Assembly: GCA_963848635.1 (NCBI GenBank)
Contig: CAWKEA010000002.1
Coordinates: forward strand, 13,464 to 77,463
Source of the DNA: an uncultured bacterium
GTDB taxonomy: Bacteria; Patescibacteriota; Minisyncoccia; Phycocordibacterales; PALSA-1337
DNA length: 64,000 bases
Reading direction: 5' to 3'
The stretch's first letter is position 1. Each line of letters starts with the position of its first letter. The notes under the pieces are model-generated. The model was given only the letters and a program-made list of their open reading frames with translations. It ran no database searches and was not told where the DNA came from. This document shows positions 29,455 through 38,637 of this stretch, piece by piece. Made by a program: the position numbers and the translations under genes.

Positions 29455-30257
29455 ATGACGAGAAAAAATATCGCGTATTTCATCCTTGTGCTCATAATTG
29501 TCATCTCGACAGCAACCGTCATCTATTTCAAATGCAACAGCCAGCCTCCGACAGCGCTATCGAATGGAAAGATCGAGAATGTCCTCTTTATCGGCAATAG
29601 TCTGACTTATACAAATAATTTGCCGAAAGTTTTATCTGACATTGCCCAGTCGATGGGAGATATCGTCGACTATGATATGTATGCCCCGGCGGCTATACTT
29701 TGGCACAAGACACAAAGGATCAGAGCGCTTTGGACAAGATCAAATCAAAACCTTGGGATTTCGTAGTAGTGCAGGAGCAAAGCGAGCTCCCTGCCCTCAA
29801 AGATGCTCTCGTAGACAGCGAGGTCATGCCATATGCGATTCAATTGAACAGCGAAATTCACAATTCATGGCCAAAGGCCACGACCGTCCTTTTTGAAACA
29901 TGGGGGTACGAGAATGGCGACAAACAATATTGCCCGACGAACCCGACACTTTGCAGTTATTCGCTCATGCAAGACCAGATATCGAGATCATATGGCCTCA
30001 TGGCGCAAAGCACGGGCGCACTTTTAGCTCCGGTCGGTGAAGCATGGAGAATCGTGCGCACTACCCATCCCGAAATCAACCTTTACCAAGATGATAGACA
30101 CCCATCTATGAGCGGAACATATCTAGCCGCCGCTGTCCTGTATATGGCTATATTCAAGAAAGACGTCCTTGGCGCGTCGCCTTTGAGCTTGGACAACAAA
30201 ACCGCGGATATAGTGCAAGAGGCCGCAGAGCAAGCAATGACACCGCGTTCAGAATAA
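29455..30257 (+). CDS. SGNH/GDSL hydrolase (frameshift near 29690)
   Basis: VLFIGNSLT in ORF 29455; WDFVVVQEQS and DDRHPS in ORF 29700. Confidence 0.8.
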
Positions 30258-30318
30258 GAGGCTCCTTCATGGATAAACGGCGGTATTGATGATGAGTGAG
30301 CACAATCCCGGTTCCAGA

Positions 30319-30903
30319 TCACTTTTTCTTTTTAAAAAGAAAAACCGAGAGAACTATAGCGACAATCACGCCGAGGATGATGTAGTCCGTTATATTGAAA
30401 AGACCGGTGAAATCTTGCCAATGAATGCCAAGAAAATAACCCACATAGAGAAGACTGCCGTCAGAAACCAGGTTGCCTATGCAATCAAAGAAAAGAAAAA
30501 CAGTCACAGAAACACCGCTGAAGCCGCAGAGAAGATTCGTCAGTATATCCGTAGTTCCGGCGAACCTCGTCAAGAATATAGCCGATCCCGGATGCTTGTG
30601 CAAAAAAGCCTCAAGGCGCTCCATCCATGCGGGCACATGGATATGCATGATGCCGAAGGCCTTGCGCCCATATCTTTTTGCTATGAGATAGCCCGTATAA
30701 TCGCCGAGCATATTCGCTCCAACGATGACAGCGAGAGAGACGAAGAAATTGAAATAGCCCTGGCTCCCAAAAGCGCCGGTCGCCAAAAGAACCGTGCTTG
30801 TCGGCACCGGCAGGATGAGGCCTGAAAAGAAAAATACGGCGACGAGCGCCCAGTATTTGTACAGGAGGAGAGACGAAAGCAGGAATGATACGATCGTGCT
30901 CAT
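30319..30903 (-). CDS. DedA/VTT family membrane protein
   Basis: GANMLGDYTGYLIAKRYG, AIFLTRF. Confidence 0.85.
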   Translation of the reverse strand: MSTIVSFLLSSLLLYKYWALVAVFFFSGLILPVPTSTVLLATGAFGSQGYFNFFVSLAVIVGANMLGDYTGYLIAKRYGRKAFGIMHIHVPAWMERLEAFLHKHPGSAIFLTRFAGTTDILTNLLCGFSGVSVTVFLFFDCIGNLVSDGSLLYVGYFLGIHWQDFTGLFNITDYIILGVIVAIVLSVFLFKKKK

Positions 30904-31307
30904 TATTCGGCTTTTGGATAGTTGGCAATCGCCGCCTGCACTTTTATGAGAGCATCGTTCAAAGGCAATCCGACATCCTTTGCATATTCGATCACGGTCA
31001 AATTAGGATAGCGATTGTCGGTTATGCCAAGAACCGTCTCGAGATACGCCGTCGGCAACAAAAAGGCTCTGTTCATATAGCTGAACGTCATCCAGCTTTC
31101 TGTCGAACTGGCATCAGCGGCCGTGAGCGGACCAGAGCCGTGGAGCGATCTAAAGAACGACTGACGATGTGTTGAGATATAATCGAGGCGCTGGATGTGC
31201 CGATACTCTTGTATGAACAAAGCCGAGAGTATGATCACCAAAAGAACAGCGACCGCGAGAGCGATCTTGATCGCGAGATGATGTCTACGATGAGAAGGTG
31301 TGTTCAT
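30903..31307 (-). CDS. hypothetical membrane-anchored protein
   Basis: N-terminal TM, WMTFSY motif; translationally coupled to dedA. Confidence 0.65.
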   Translation of the reverse strand: MNTPSHRRHHLAIKIALAVAVLLVIILSALFIQEYRHIQRLDYISTHRQSFFRSLHGSGPLTAADASSTESWMTFSYMNRAFLLPTAYLETVLGITDNRYPNLTVIEYAKDVGLPLNDALIKVQAAIANYPKAE

Positions 31308-31505
31308 CTTTGTACATCTATTAGAATACCATCTGACCGTATTTTTTGCTCGATTGGAGTCTTCTTTTTACCATCCGAGAGCAAAACTTGATTTTGTATT
31401 TCTACCAAGTTGGCTGGCTGTGTGGGATTATCCGAACTAATTTAAACCACTAAATAAACAACAACCCCCCTAAGCCGAATTGCTTAAGGGGGGGTGGAAC
31501 CGAGT

Positions 31506-31880
31506 TCAGTATCTTGCATCAACGGAGCTAAGTACGCCATCTTCAAACATGACCTGCCATGCGAACAAAACTTTGGAGCCTTTGTATATGAATATGTCCA
31601 CAGCAGGAGTACATTGTCCCAAACACATGATGGACACTGTCATGCGTTGACCATGGCTAAGCGCCGCAAGTAAGGAAACAGCCGCATATTGGTGATAATC
31701 GAAATATTCACTCATTGACTTGTACTGGGTGTACTTTTCCAAAACCTCCGGGTCGCTCATGGCGTACTTTATCAAGTCGGTTGGGAATTGAATGATGGGC
31801 ACGAACTGCGCTGCTGAATCCTTCTGTTCCATCAACTCGCGTGCCTCAGCACTTATCGTCTGACTAATTCTCTTTATCAT
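31506..31880 (-). CDS. hypothetical protein (cassette cargo)
   Basis: 124-aa ORF followed by a strong hairpin at ~31463-31495. Confidence 0.55.
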   Translation of the reverse strand: MIKRISQTISAEARELMEQKDSAAQFVPIIQFPTDLIKYAMSDPEVLEKYTQYKSMSEYFDYHQYAAVSLLAALSHGQRMTVSIMCLGQCTPAVDIFIYKGSKVLFAWQVMFEDGVLSSVDARY

Positions 31881-31950
31881 ATCGTGATTTTCCTTTCAGG
31901 TTTGGCTCACTACGGCCGATTTTTTGTTTTAATAGAGCAACTCACACAAG

Positions 31951-33046
31951 GGCAACTAGAACTTAAGTTTTAATAATTCTCGAGGAATATTTTGATATAA
32001 TTTGCACATGAAAAAAAGAAACAAAAAAGACTCACAAATTGTGACCGTCATGAGATTCATATATTAATCAGAAAGGGATATACTCAAAGTGAGATTGCTG
32101 ACAGAATTGGAGTAACACAAGGTGCGATCTCATATGAAATCAATCAGAAGACAAGAGATGATCGTTTGTACGATTCAGAATACTCAAGACACGTCACATA
32201 CGTTCGTAAGCATCACAAACGTACTCGTGGCAATACGATTGCAGAACACCCAGATCTTCGAAAGACAGTAACCGAATATCTAATGGACGACCAATCACCA
32301 GAACTGCTCTCTGGAAGGCTTAGAAAGCTTCATGCAGATATTCCATACGTATCAGGCAGAACGATCCGTAAATTCATCAAAAGTCCATATGGAAGAAGAA
32401 TCGAAGCAAAGAGAAACAAAATCCACAGAAGAAGAGGTAAAAGAAGGTTGAAATTTGAAATCACTAACAAACGTATGATCGACAAAAGACCAAAGTATAT
32501 CAAGGACAGAAAGAGAATCGGTGATACCGAGGGTGACTTCATTGCTTCAGGTAAAACTGGTCTGGGTATGCTTCTAGTTGTAACTGACAGAAAGAGTCGT
32601 GCACCATTCCTTGAGAAGATATGTCCTGTATCAATCAGGACGATGGAAAATGGTTTCAGAAGAATCAAAAGACGTTTTCCTGAGTTAAAAACAGTAACTC
32701 TCGACAATGATATCTTGTTCATCCACCACAAAGAGCTCGAGAGGAAATTCCATATCAAAATCTACTTCTGTCACAAGCACTCACCTTGGGAAAAACCACT
32801 AGTGGAGAACAGAAACAAACTGATTAGAAGATACATTCCTAAAGGATCTGACATTTCAAGATATACACGCTATTACATTCAAAAATTGGAAGCAAAATTG
32901 CAGAGACGCATCATGAAATGTTTAGACTACAAATTACCCAAGGAAATACTCGAAGAACATCGTAAACGAAAAAAGAAGCCCTAATCGCTTCCTTTCTGTT
33001 AGATTTTCCTTCTTAGAAAAATATTAAAACGTGGGGTGTGGGTGCC
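31951..33046 (+). mobile_element. IS30-family insertion sequence
   Basis: Imperfect 25-bp terminal IRs (GGCAACTAGAACTTAAGTTTTAATA vs GGCACCCACACCCCACGTTTTAATA, 18/25) and a 3-bp flanking duplication AAG. Confidence 0.85.
32008..32984 (+). CDS. IS30 transposase (frameshift in N-terminal A-run)
   Basis: HTH (SEIADRIGVTQGAISYEI), GDTEGD, TLDND, SPWEKPLVENRNKLIRRYIPKG; ATG 32008 is out of frame by one base. Confidence 0.88.
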
Positions 33047-33062
33047 AAGATACTCTATTTTT

Positions 33063-33091
33063 ATTATATACAATATATAGTATTTAGTCAA
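33063..33091 (-). promoter_or_regulatory. sigma-70 promoter, separated from its gene (31880) by IS30
   Basis: TTGACT-17 nt-TATAAT. Confidence 0.65.
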
Positions 33092-33200
33092 ATTTTATAT
33101 TTTTAACAAAAGAAATCGATGTACCGTGTCCACTTTATGGGGTACAGATCATTGGCTGGCCGTCTGGGACAATATCCGAACGGATTTATGTTGTTAAAGA

Positions 33201-34181
33201 CTAACTAGCGCTCTTTTCGCCCATTTCCCTGAACGAACCTTTGCCGTAGGTCTTTTCAATCAAACGTGCTACCGGCAACAGTCCACCGTTCATTGTTGCT
33301 GATACGAAAAGATCAAAGATCTCTTCTTTTGATTTAAATTCAGATCTGTTTTTTTCGAACAGATCATCGACAAGCGACCAGAGCTGTTTTCGAGCTCCAC
33401 GATAACCATAGCTGATCAAGTCACTGCTCAACGAGTCTGCATTCTTTCTCACAGTTCCGATTTCTTTTTTGAGCTCTTCTATTGGGATATTATCGCGATT
33501 AGATAGATGCAAGATTGCTTCATCACTCTCTTTTATCTCTTTGGCGAGCTCTGGCCACTCAGAAAAATAGGCGTGCTCAAAACGAATCATAAGTTCGGTT
33601 ATGATTGCCTCGTTGATCTCATTGAAGAATAATTTCTTTTCATCCATAGCTCTGATCGAAAAGCCGCTTCTACGAGGGGCAAGTCCGGCTTTCTCGTCAT
33701 CCTTTATTAAACCTATCTCAGCGTCCTCGGCCGAAGTCTTTTGAAAAGAGTTAAAGCTTTCCATATGGAGCATCTCGTGGACAAGAGTTTGTATCATCAA
33801 TAGCTTGTTGCCATCCTCATAATCCCTAAATAAAACGATGCCCTGCTGATTAGGCATATATAAGCCTGGGTTATTTTTATATAGTTCCTCGAATTTTTTC
33901 TTTTGCTCGGCGTCAAGCTTTGATTTGTCCAACATGTGGACGTTCGGTGGAGGTATCTCTATCGATGTGACTCCATATTGTTCAAGGAAATCAGCCATCT
34001 TATCATTAATGCGAACAATGAGATTTTCCAGTTCAGTCGGTTTCTCTTTTTCATGAGCGTCAACTTGATTATGTTCGAATATGTCTTTGAAATAATCAAG
34101 GAGCTTCTGTTCATCCTTCTCATCAAAACCGACCACACGAGACACAGCAGATTCTCTTTGATCCATTGGTATTTTTTCCAT
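33201..34181 (-). CDS. hypothetical protein with HExxH zincin-like motif (cassette cargo)
   Basis: LVHEMLH and downstream NEAIITE; ATG lies 6 nt after TGgTACAAT. Confidence 0.65.
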   Translation of the reverse strand: MEKIPMDQRESAVSRVVGFDEKDEQKLLDYFKDIFEHNQVDAHEKEKPTELENLIVRINDKMADFLEQYGVTSIEIPPPNVHMLDKSKLDAEQKKKFEELYKNNPGLYMPNQQGIVLFRDYEDGNKLLMIQTLVHEMLHMESFNSFQKTSAEDAEIGLIKDDEKAGLAPRRSGFSIRAMDEKKLFFNEINEAIITELMIRFEHAYFSEWPELAKEIKESDEAILHLSNRDNIPIEELKKEIGTVRKNADSLSSDLISYGYRGARKQLWSLVDDLFEKNRSEFKSKEEIFDLFVSATMNGGLLPVARLIEKTYGKGSFREMGEKSAS

Positions 34182-34275
34182 GTTCATATTGTACCAAAAT
34201 TACGAGCTGGCCGTCTGGGACAATATCCGAACGGATTTAAGCCATTAATAATGACGTGGATCGAAGTTAAAACCA

Positions 34276-35022
34276 TCAAAGACCGAACAAAAGCTTAACA
34301 CCAAGTACTCCTCCGATGACAGCAAACATTATTTTTATAAATTTATTGCCTTTATATTTACCATATCGAGAACCCAAGTATCCGCCTAGAACTGACCCGA
34401 TGACAGTTGGAATCATCACCACCCAACTAAAGTAGCCTTTTGAAAGAAATATAACCACAGCAAATATTTCCCAAATAAAAGCAATGGAGTAGTAATAGCC
34501 TAGGGCATCGATAAAGTCGAATCCTTTTGTTTGAAAGGTTACGATCGAAAATAATATGCCATTACCTGAGCCGAAAAAACTTTCGTAGAATCCGAGAACT
34601 AACGCGAATATATATGAGACTGACTGTCTGAATTTTGAATATACCTTTTTCTCGACTATTCCGACATCCCTTTTAATAAGAACGTAAGCGACCAAACACA
34701 ATATCAGTATACCAATGATTACTCCTGCAACTCTTTGATGTATCGCAAATACAACAAGAGTTCCGATATATACGCCGACAAGCCCGATCATGCCAAACAA
34801 GATGAGAAATCTCCAATCAACTTTTCTGCCTTTAAGGTAATTACGAGATGCTGGCAAAACCCAGAACATAGAGCTTACTTTTTGAGCGGCGGTTGCAAGA
34901 GGAAATGAGATGCCAAGAGCCAGCATCACAGGAATGTTTATCACTGATGCCCCACCACCAGACATGGAGCTTAATGCTGTAGCAATAAATGAAGTAACGA
35001 GGATAATGATAAAATTCAACAT
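34276..35022 (-). CDS. TSUP (TauE/SafE) family transporter (cassette cargo)
   Basis: SGGGASVI.IP, GFYESFFGSGNG, multiple TM helices. Confidence 0.88.
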   Translation of the reverse strand: MLNFIIILVTSFIATALSSMSGGGASVINIPVMLALGISFPLATAAQKVSSMFWVLPASRNYLKGRKVDWRFLILFGMIGLVGVYIGTLVVFAIHQRVAGVIIGILILCLVAYVLIKRDVGIVEKKVYSKFRQSVSYIFALVLGFYESFFGSGNGILFSIVTFQTKGFDFIDALGYYYSIAFIWEIFAVVIFLSKGYFSWVVMIPTVIGSVLGGYLGSRYGKYKGNKFIKIMFAVIGGVLGVKLLFGL

Positions 35023-35259
35023 AAATGAATTATAGCAAAATTACGTGCTGGCCGGATGGGACAGTATCCGAACAGTTTTACGCCCATTTATCATATGATA
35101 TGATGTTAGAATGAATATTCTAACGAAGGATGTCAAATTTCTTACGAAATCTGTCGATGACCTACAAAAGGATAATTGGCTTCTGATACAAAAAGACCAA
35201 AGCTTCGATCTTAAATCAAAAGACGGTTTACTCGGCACGATGTTTATTAAAAAAGAAGG

Positions 35260-35712
35260 CGGTTCGACCATTTCGAAACCACGCACAACCTCGTGCAACG
35301 ATTTAAACTTATTTCTATTGAGACTATGTCCGCCGGTGTTTTCTTGAGCAAGGTACATTTTAATTCTTTTATCTTTGTCAGAGACGCCTTTGTTAATAAG
35401 GGTTAGATTAGTCAATTTGTTTAGATCTTTGTGATATTCTAATCTCTTAAAATTTTCTTTGACCGGCTCAAAGGCATATACTTTGCCTCTCTTTGCCATA
35501 CTTGCGGCATACGCAGAGAACACCCCGACCTGTGCACCGATATCTATAATGACATCGTTTTCTTTCAGGGAAAAATCTTGTTCCTTATTTATTTTAGGAA
35601 AGTAGTTTTTAGAAAAAAACACTTCATTTAAAATTATTTTTTCCTCAAAGGAACTCAATCTAAAGTTAAGAGTCTTACCTTTTTCGTTTTCTACTTTTAT
35701 TGATTTAAACAT
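35260..35712 (-). pseudogene. truncated FkbM-family methyltransferase
   Basis: IIDIGAQVG, VYAFEP; homology stops after GFEMVE, before the KxDxEG motif. Confidence 0.75.
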
Positions 35713-35888
35713 GATGTATATTCTCGATGCATCTTGAGCGACGCTTTGGCTAACCTCCTTGAGCTAGAACCGTGCTCGGCCAAGCCCTGCAAAGCGGTTT
35801 TGATAGATTTCATGATACCACAACGACGCGACTTGAGCGCTTCAAAAAGTGACAAAAGTGACACAGGATGAGGTATAAAAGTTACACG

Positions 35889-36863
35889 CTACTGTCCCAT
35901 TTTCTTGACTTCCGATTTAAGTTTTTCCGCATTGCCATAACCCAATAAACCAAGATATGACTGCACTATTTCCGGCTTACCATGATCCAGTTCCAGTCTT
36001 TTGAACATTCTCTTTTTCGTAACTGTCCTTAGCACGTCATGAACAGGAAAATGTACCCAACCCAAGAAGTCCACTCCTGAAGCAAGTGTCCGAATACTGA
36101 TTTTATTCGGGTGAAGCTCTAATGCTAATTTTTCATGTAGGAAATTTCCAACCTTGACCAAGATCTGTTCTAGCCATGCTTTATCTCTGCTCATGATCAC
36201 GAAATCATCTGCATAGCGGATATAATGTTCCGCCTTTAGATCGTGCTTCATGAACTGGTCGAACTCATTCATATAGACGTTAACCAAGAGTTGCGAGGTT
36301 AGATTACCCAATGGCAATCCTTTGCCTATTGCAGTACTGCTAAAACTGTCAGTCACTCGCCTGATAAGATCAATAACGTCGACATCAGTAATGTATTTTT
36401 TCAGGATTTCTGAAAGAATTTTTTGGCCTATAGAGGCAAAGAATTTCCGTACATCGCATTTCAGGATCCACAATGTCTTAGTATTGTTTTTACTCGCAAT
36501 ATTGGCAAACTCCCTAAAGCGCTTTAACGCACGATGGGTGCCGCGCAATTTTCTACAGGAATATGAATCGTGAATAAAATGAATGTCGAAAAGCGGATAG
36601 AGCTTTCGATAGAGGGCATGGTGAAGAAGCCTGTCGCGCACGGTCGCTTTGTGGATATTCCTCGGCTTCGGGTCGGAAATATTGAAAGCATGATATCCAC
36701 CGTGAGCATAGGTTTTATTTTTGAGATCGGAATGCAGAGCAAAGATGTTGTCAGAAAGCTTGTACTGGAATTCCTGCACGTCTTTCTTGCCTCGTTTTCC
36801 TTTTAGAAATTCTTTCCAAGCTTCAAGCAAATTTTCTAAAGAAATGATATGGTTGTACATCAT
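35889..36863 (-). CDS. DGR reverse transcriptase
   Basis: DPKPRNI, RDRLLHHA, CDVRKFF, GLPLGNLTSQ (DGR-type SQ), YADD, DFLGW; adjacent TR/VR pair. A longer GTG start at 36941 is possible. Confidence 0.95.
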   Translation of the reverse strand: MMYNHIISLENLLEAWKEFLKGKRGKKDVQEFQYKLSDNIFALHSDLKNKTYAHGGYHAFNISDPKPRNIHKATVRDRLLHHALYRKLYPLFDIHFIHDSYSCRKLRGTHRALKRFREFANIASKNNTKTLWILKCDVRKFFASIGQKILSEILKKYITDVDVIDLIRRVTDSFSSTAIGKGLPLGNLTSQLLVNVYMNEFDQFMKHDLKAEHYIRYADDFVIMSRDKAWLEQILVKVGNFLHEKLALELHPNKISIRTLASGVDFLGWVHFPVHDVLRTVTKKRMFKRLELDHGKPEIVQSYLGLLGYGNAEKLKSEVKKMGQ

Positions 36864-36901
36864 GAATAATTTAAAAACAGAAATAACCGTGGAGCGGAAT
36901 G

Positions 36902-37324
36902 ATGGAGAAAAGAGAGAGAGAGAGAGAGAGAGGAAAAACACAGCCGATTAGACTGATTCCCGTCGTACTGAAGTTAAAGGACGCCTACAATATCTGGCAA
37001 AACTACCTTTCAAGTTTTCCGAAAGCTAACCGCTATACGATCGGGTCAAAGATAGACATCCTCTTTCTTGAAGCAATTGAATACGCCTTTCAGGCGAGCT
37101 ATACCCATACTGAGGAAAAGCGGTTGTTGTTGAACAAGAGCATATCCAAAGTTGACCTCGTTAAATTACTCCTGCAACTGTCATGGGAAATCAAAGCTAT
37201 GGACAACAAGAAATACGCTCACTTGGCTGAACGCTTTGCTGAGATTGGTAAGATGCTGGGCGGTTGGAAACGACAGCTTCAAAACAAAACTCCTCCGACG
37301 GAATCAGAGGAGAAACAGCAATAG
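36902..37324 (+). CDS. avd: DGR accessory variability determinant (Avd, four-helix bundle)
   Basis: FPKANRYTIGSKID...EIGKMLGGW signature; GGAG 7 nt upstream of ATG 36902. Confidence 0.88.
   Translation: MEKRERERERGKTQPIRLIPVVLKLKDAYNIWQNYLSSFPKANRYTIGSKIDILFLEAIEYAFQASYTHTEEKRLLLNKSISKVDLVKLLLQLSWEIKAMDNKKYAHLAERFAEIGKMLGGWKRQLQNKTPPTESEEKQQ
36911..36932. repeat. (AG)11 microsatellite inside the avd 5' end
   Basis: agagagagagagagagagagag encodes RERERER. Confidence 0.95.
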
Positions 37325-37326
37325 TG

Positions 37327-37455
37327 GCGAACACCGAGGAAACGGTAGTTGGCATTCCAGTCATTGTCCCACCAATTGAGGTTCAGGTTGCGCTTGGAAT
37401 CGTTCCTGTTGAGGTACGGAACGTTGCGGTTGCCGTTGACCTTGCCAACGGAGCC
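37327..37455 (-). ncRNA. DGR template repeat (TR)
   Basis: 129-bp match to VR; all 24 mismatches are at TR adenines (coding strand); rich in AAC/AAT codons. Confidence 0.97.
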
Positions 37456-37732
37456 TTGTGTGAGAAGCCACCCATGCCACTGCCCGCCGATAGCTTCGCG
37501 CAGGCTGTATCGAATCCGTGATCTCATTCACCGATATCATTTACCGGTTGAACATCACTTAGCTTCTCACACCAACTGTCTCTGATTTTTTGGAGAACAC
37601 CCTGCGGCACCCTTCGAAAAGCCATGGCCGTTCAAACTCTCGTCGCAGGGGTTGCGGACAAATTACCTAAAGCCTTGACCTTAGATCTTTCACTTGTCTC
37701 CGACATTATACATTAAAAACTGACATGCAGAA

Positions 37733-37760
37733 ACGGCGTGTGAATTTCTTCACACGCCGT
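37733..37760 (-). other. DGR target-recognition hairpin/cruciform 3' of VR
   Basis: Perfect 12-bp stem ACGGCGTGTGAA/TTCACACGCCGT with a GAAA loop on the coding strand. Confidence 0.8.
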
Positions 37761-37800
37761 GGACCAAGAGCCCAAGATTCCAAGGGACAAACCCGAGGGA

Positions 37801-38433
37801 TCAAGAAACCAAGGTCTGAGAGACCTTTTTGCGAACACCGAGGAAACGGCAGCAGGCACGCCAGCCAAAGCCCCACCAATAGAGGCGCAGGCCGCGCTCG
37901 GAACCGTCCCCGTCGAGGAACGGAACGTAGCGGTCGCCGTCGACCTCGCCAACGGAGCCCAGACCGACGATCGGGAATTTCCGCTGCTCTTCGGGGTAAT
38001 TGGCCCCAAAGGAGAGGACGTGCTCGATCTTGCCGACTTCGTAACCGGCTTCTTCGATCTGCTTCTTGGCATCCTCGGACGAAATGTCCTTGTCGAAGTG
38101 GAACAGGACGGCTTCGAATTCAACCGTGCCTTTTCCTTCGATCGGGAACCGCTTGGCGGTGATGTCGTCGTTCTTCCAGTCGTAGCGACCGGCGGCGATC
38201 ATCTGCTCGAGCGTCTGACCGTAGTCAACGATGAGCACGATCGGTTCGGACGGAAGCGGGCCGAGGCCGAGAGCCTGCCGGACGGCGAAGCGATTGGTGA
38301 GCGTTGCCTTTTCTTCAAAGACGTCGCTCAGGATTCCGCTGCCGAGAACTGTCTGGAAACGTTCGGGCGTCATGCCCTTCTGTTCCATAAGTTCGATGAG
38401 TTTCTTCGACTGCGCTGATGTATGTGTATTCAT
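37801..38433 (-). CDS. DGR target protein with C-terminal variable region (VR 37831-37959), probable CLec-like fold
   Basis: C-terminus ...GLRLYWWGFGWRACCRFLGVRK matches the TR-encoded ...NLNLNWWDNDWNANYRFLGVR; GGAG SD before ATG 38433 (alternative start 38496). Confidence 0.93.
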   Translation of the reverse strand: MNTHTSAQSKKLIELMEQKGMTPERFQTVLGSGILSDVFEEKATLTNRFAVRQALGLGPLPSEPIVLIVDYGQTLEQMIAAGRYDWKNDDITAKRFPIEGKGTVEFEAVLFHFDKDISSEDAKKQIEEAGYEVGKIEHVLSFGANYPEEQRKFPIVGLGSVGEVDGDRYVPFLDGDGSERGLRLYWWGFGWRACCRFLGVRKKVSQTLVS

Positions 38434-38609
38434 GTGGAATATCTCCAGTATGAATGCTGTCTCTTTCGAGGAGCATGTTGTTTTTGTTTCGGACATGCTA
38501 GAGGGCTACCTTATCGCCATAGCGGAGAATGGCCCACTCTGGTGAGCCGCTTTCTGCTATGGCGATGTTCGCAAATAGGTTGGAAATGAGCTGTCGTTTA
38601 TCTGTATGT

Positions 38610-38637
38610 ATTATATCATATACACTATATATGTCAA
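38610..38637 (-). promoter_or_regulatory. consensus sigma-70 promoter for the DGR target
   Basis: TTGACA-16 nt-TATAAT with extended TG. Confidence 0.75.

Larger units (their letters stand above)
31411..35098. repeat. four dispersed att-like direct repeats (31411-31453, 33153-33197, 34204-34248, 35045-35080) delimiting cargo segments
   Basis: Consensus gctggccgtctgggacaatatccgaacggattta; copies 2 and 3 are identical over 34 bp. Confidence 0.85.

Noticed and set aside
32008-32040. Programmed -1 frameshift in the IS30 transposase
   Set aside because: The A-runs are not phased as A_AAA_AAG, and IS30 elements are normally single-ORF; a homopolymer indel is more likely.
35889-36863. Group II intron or retron RT
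   Set aside because: It is a short RT with the SQ motif, no maturase/endonuclease domain and no VTG retron motif, and it has an adjacent TR/VR pair and avd.
37279-37527. 82-aa Asn-rich ORF
   Set aside because: It is the DGR template repeat read in the VR frame, and it functions as RNA.
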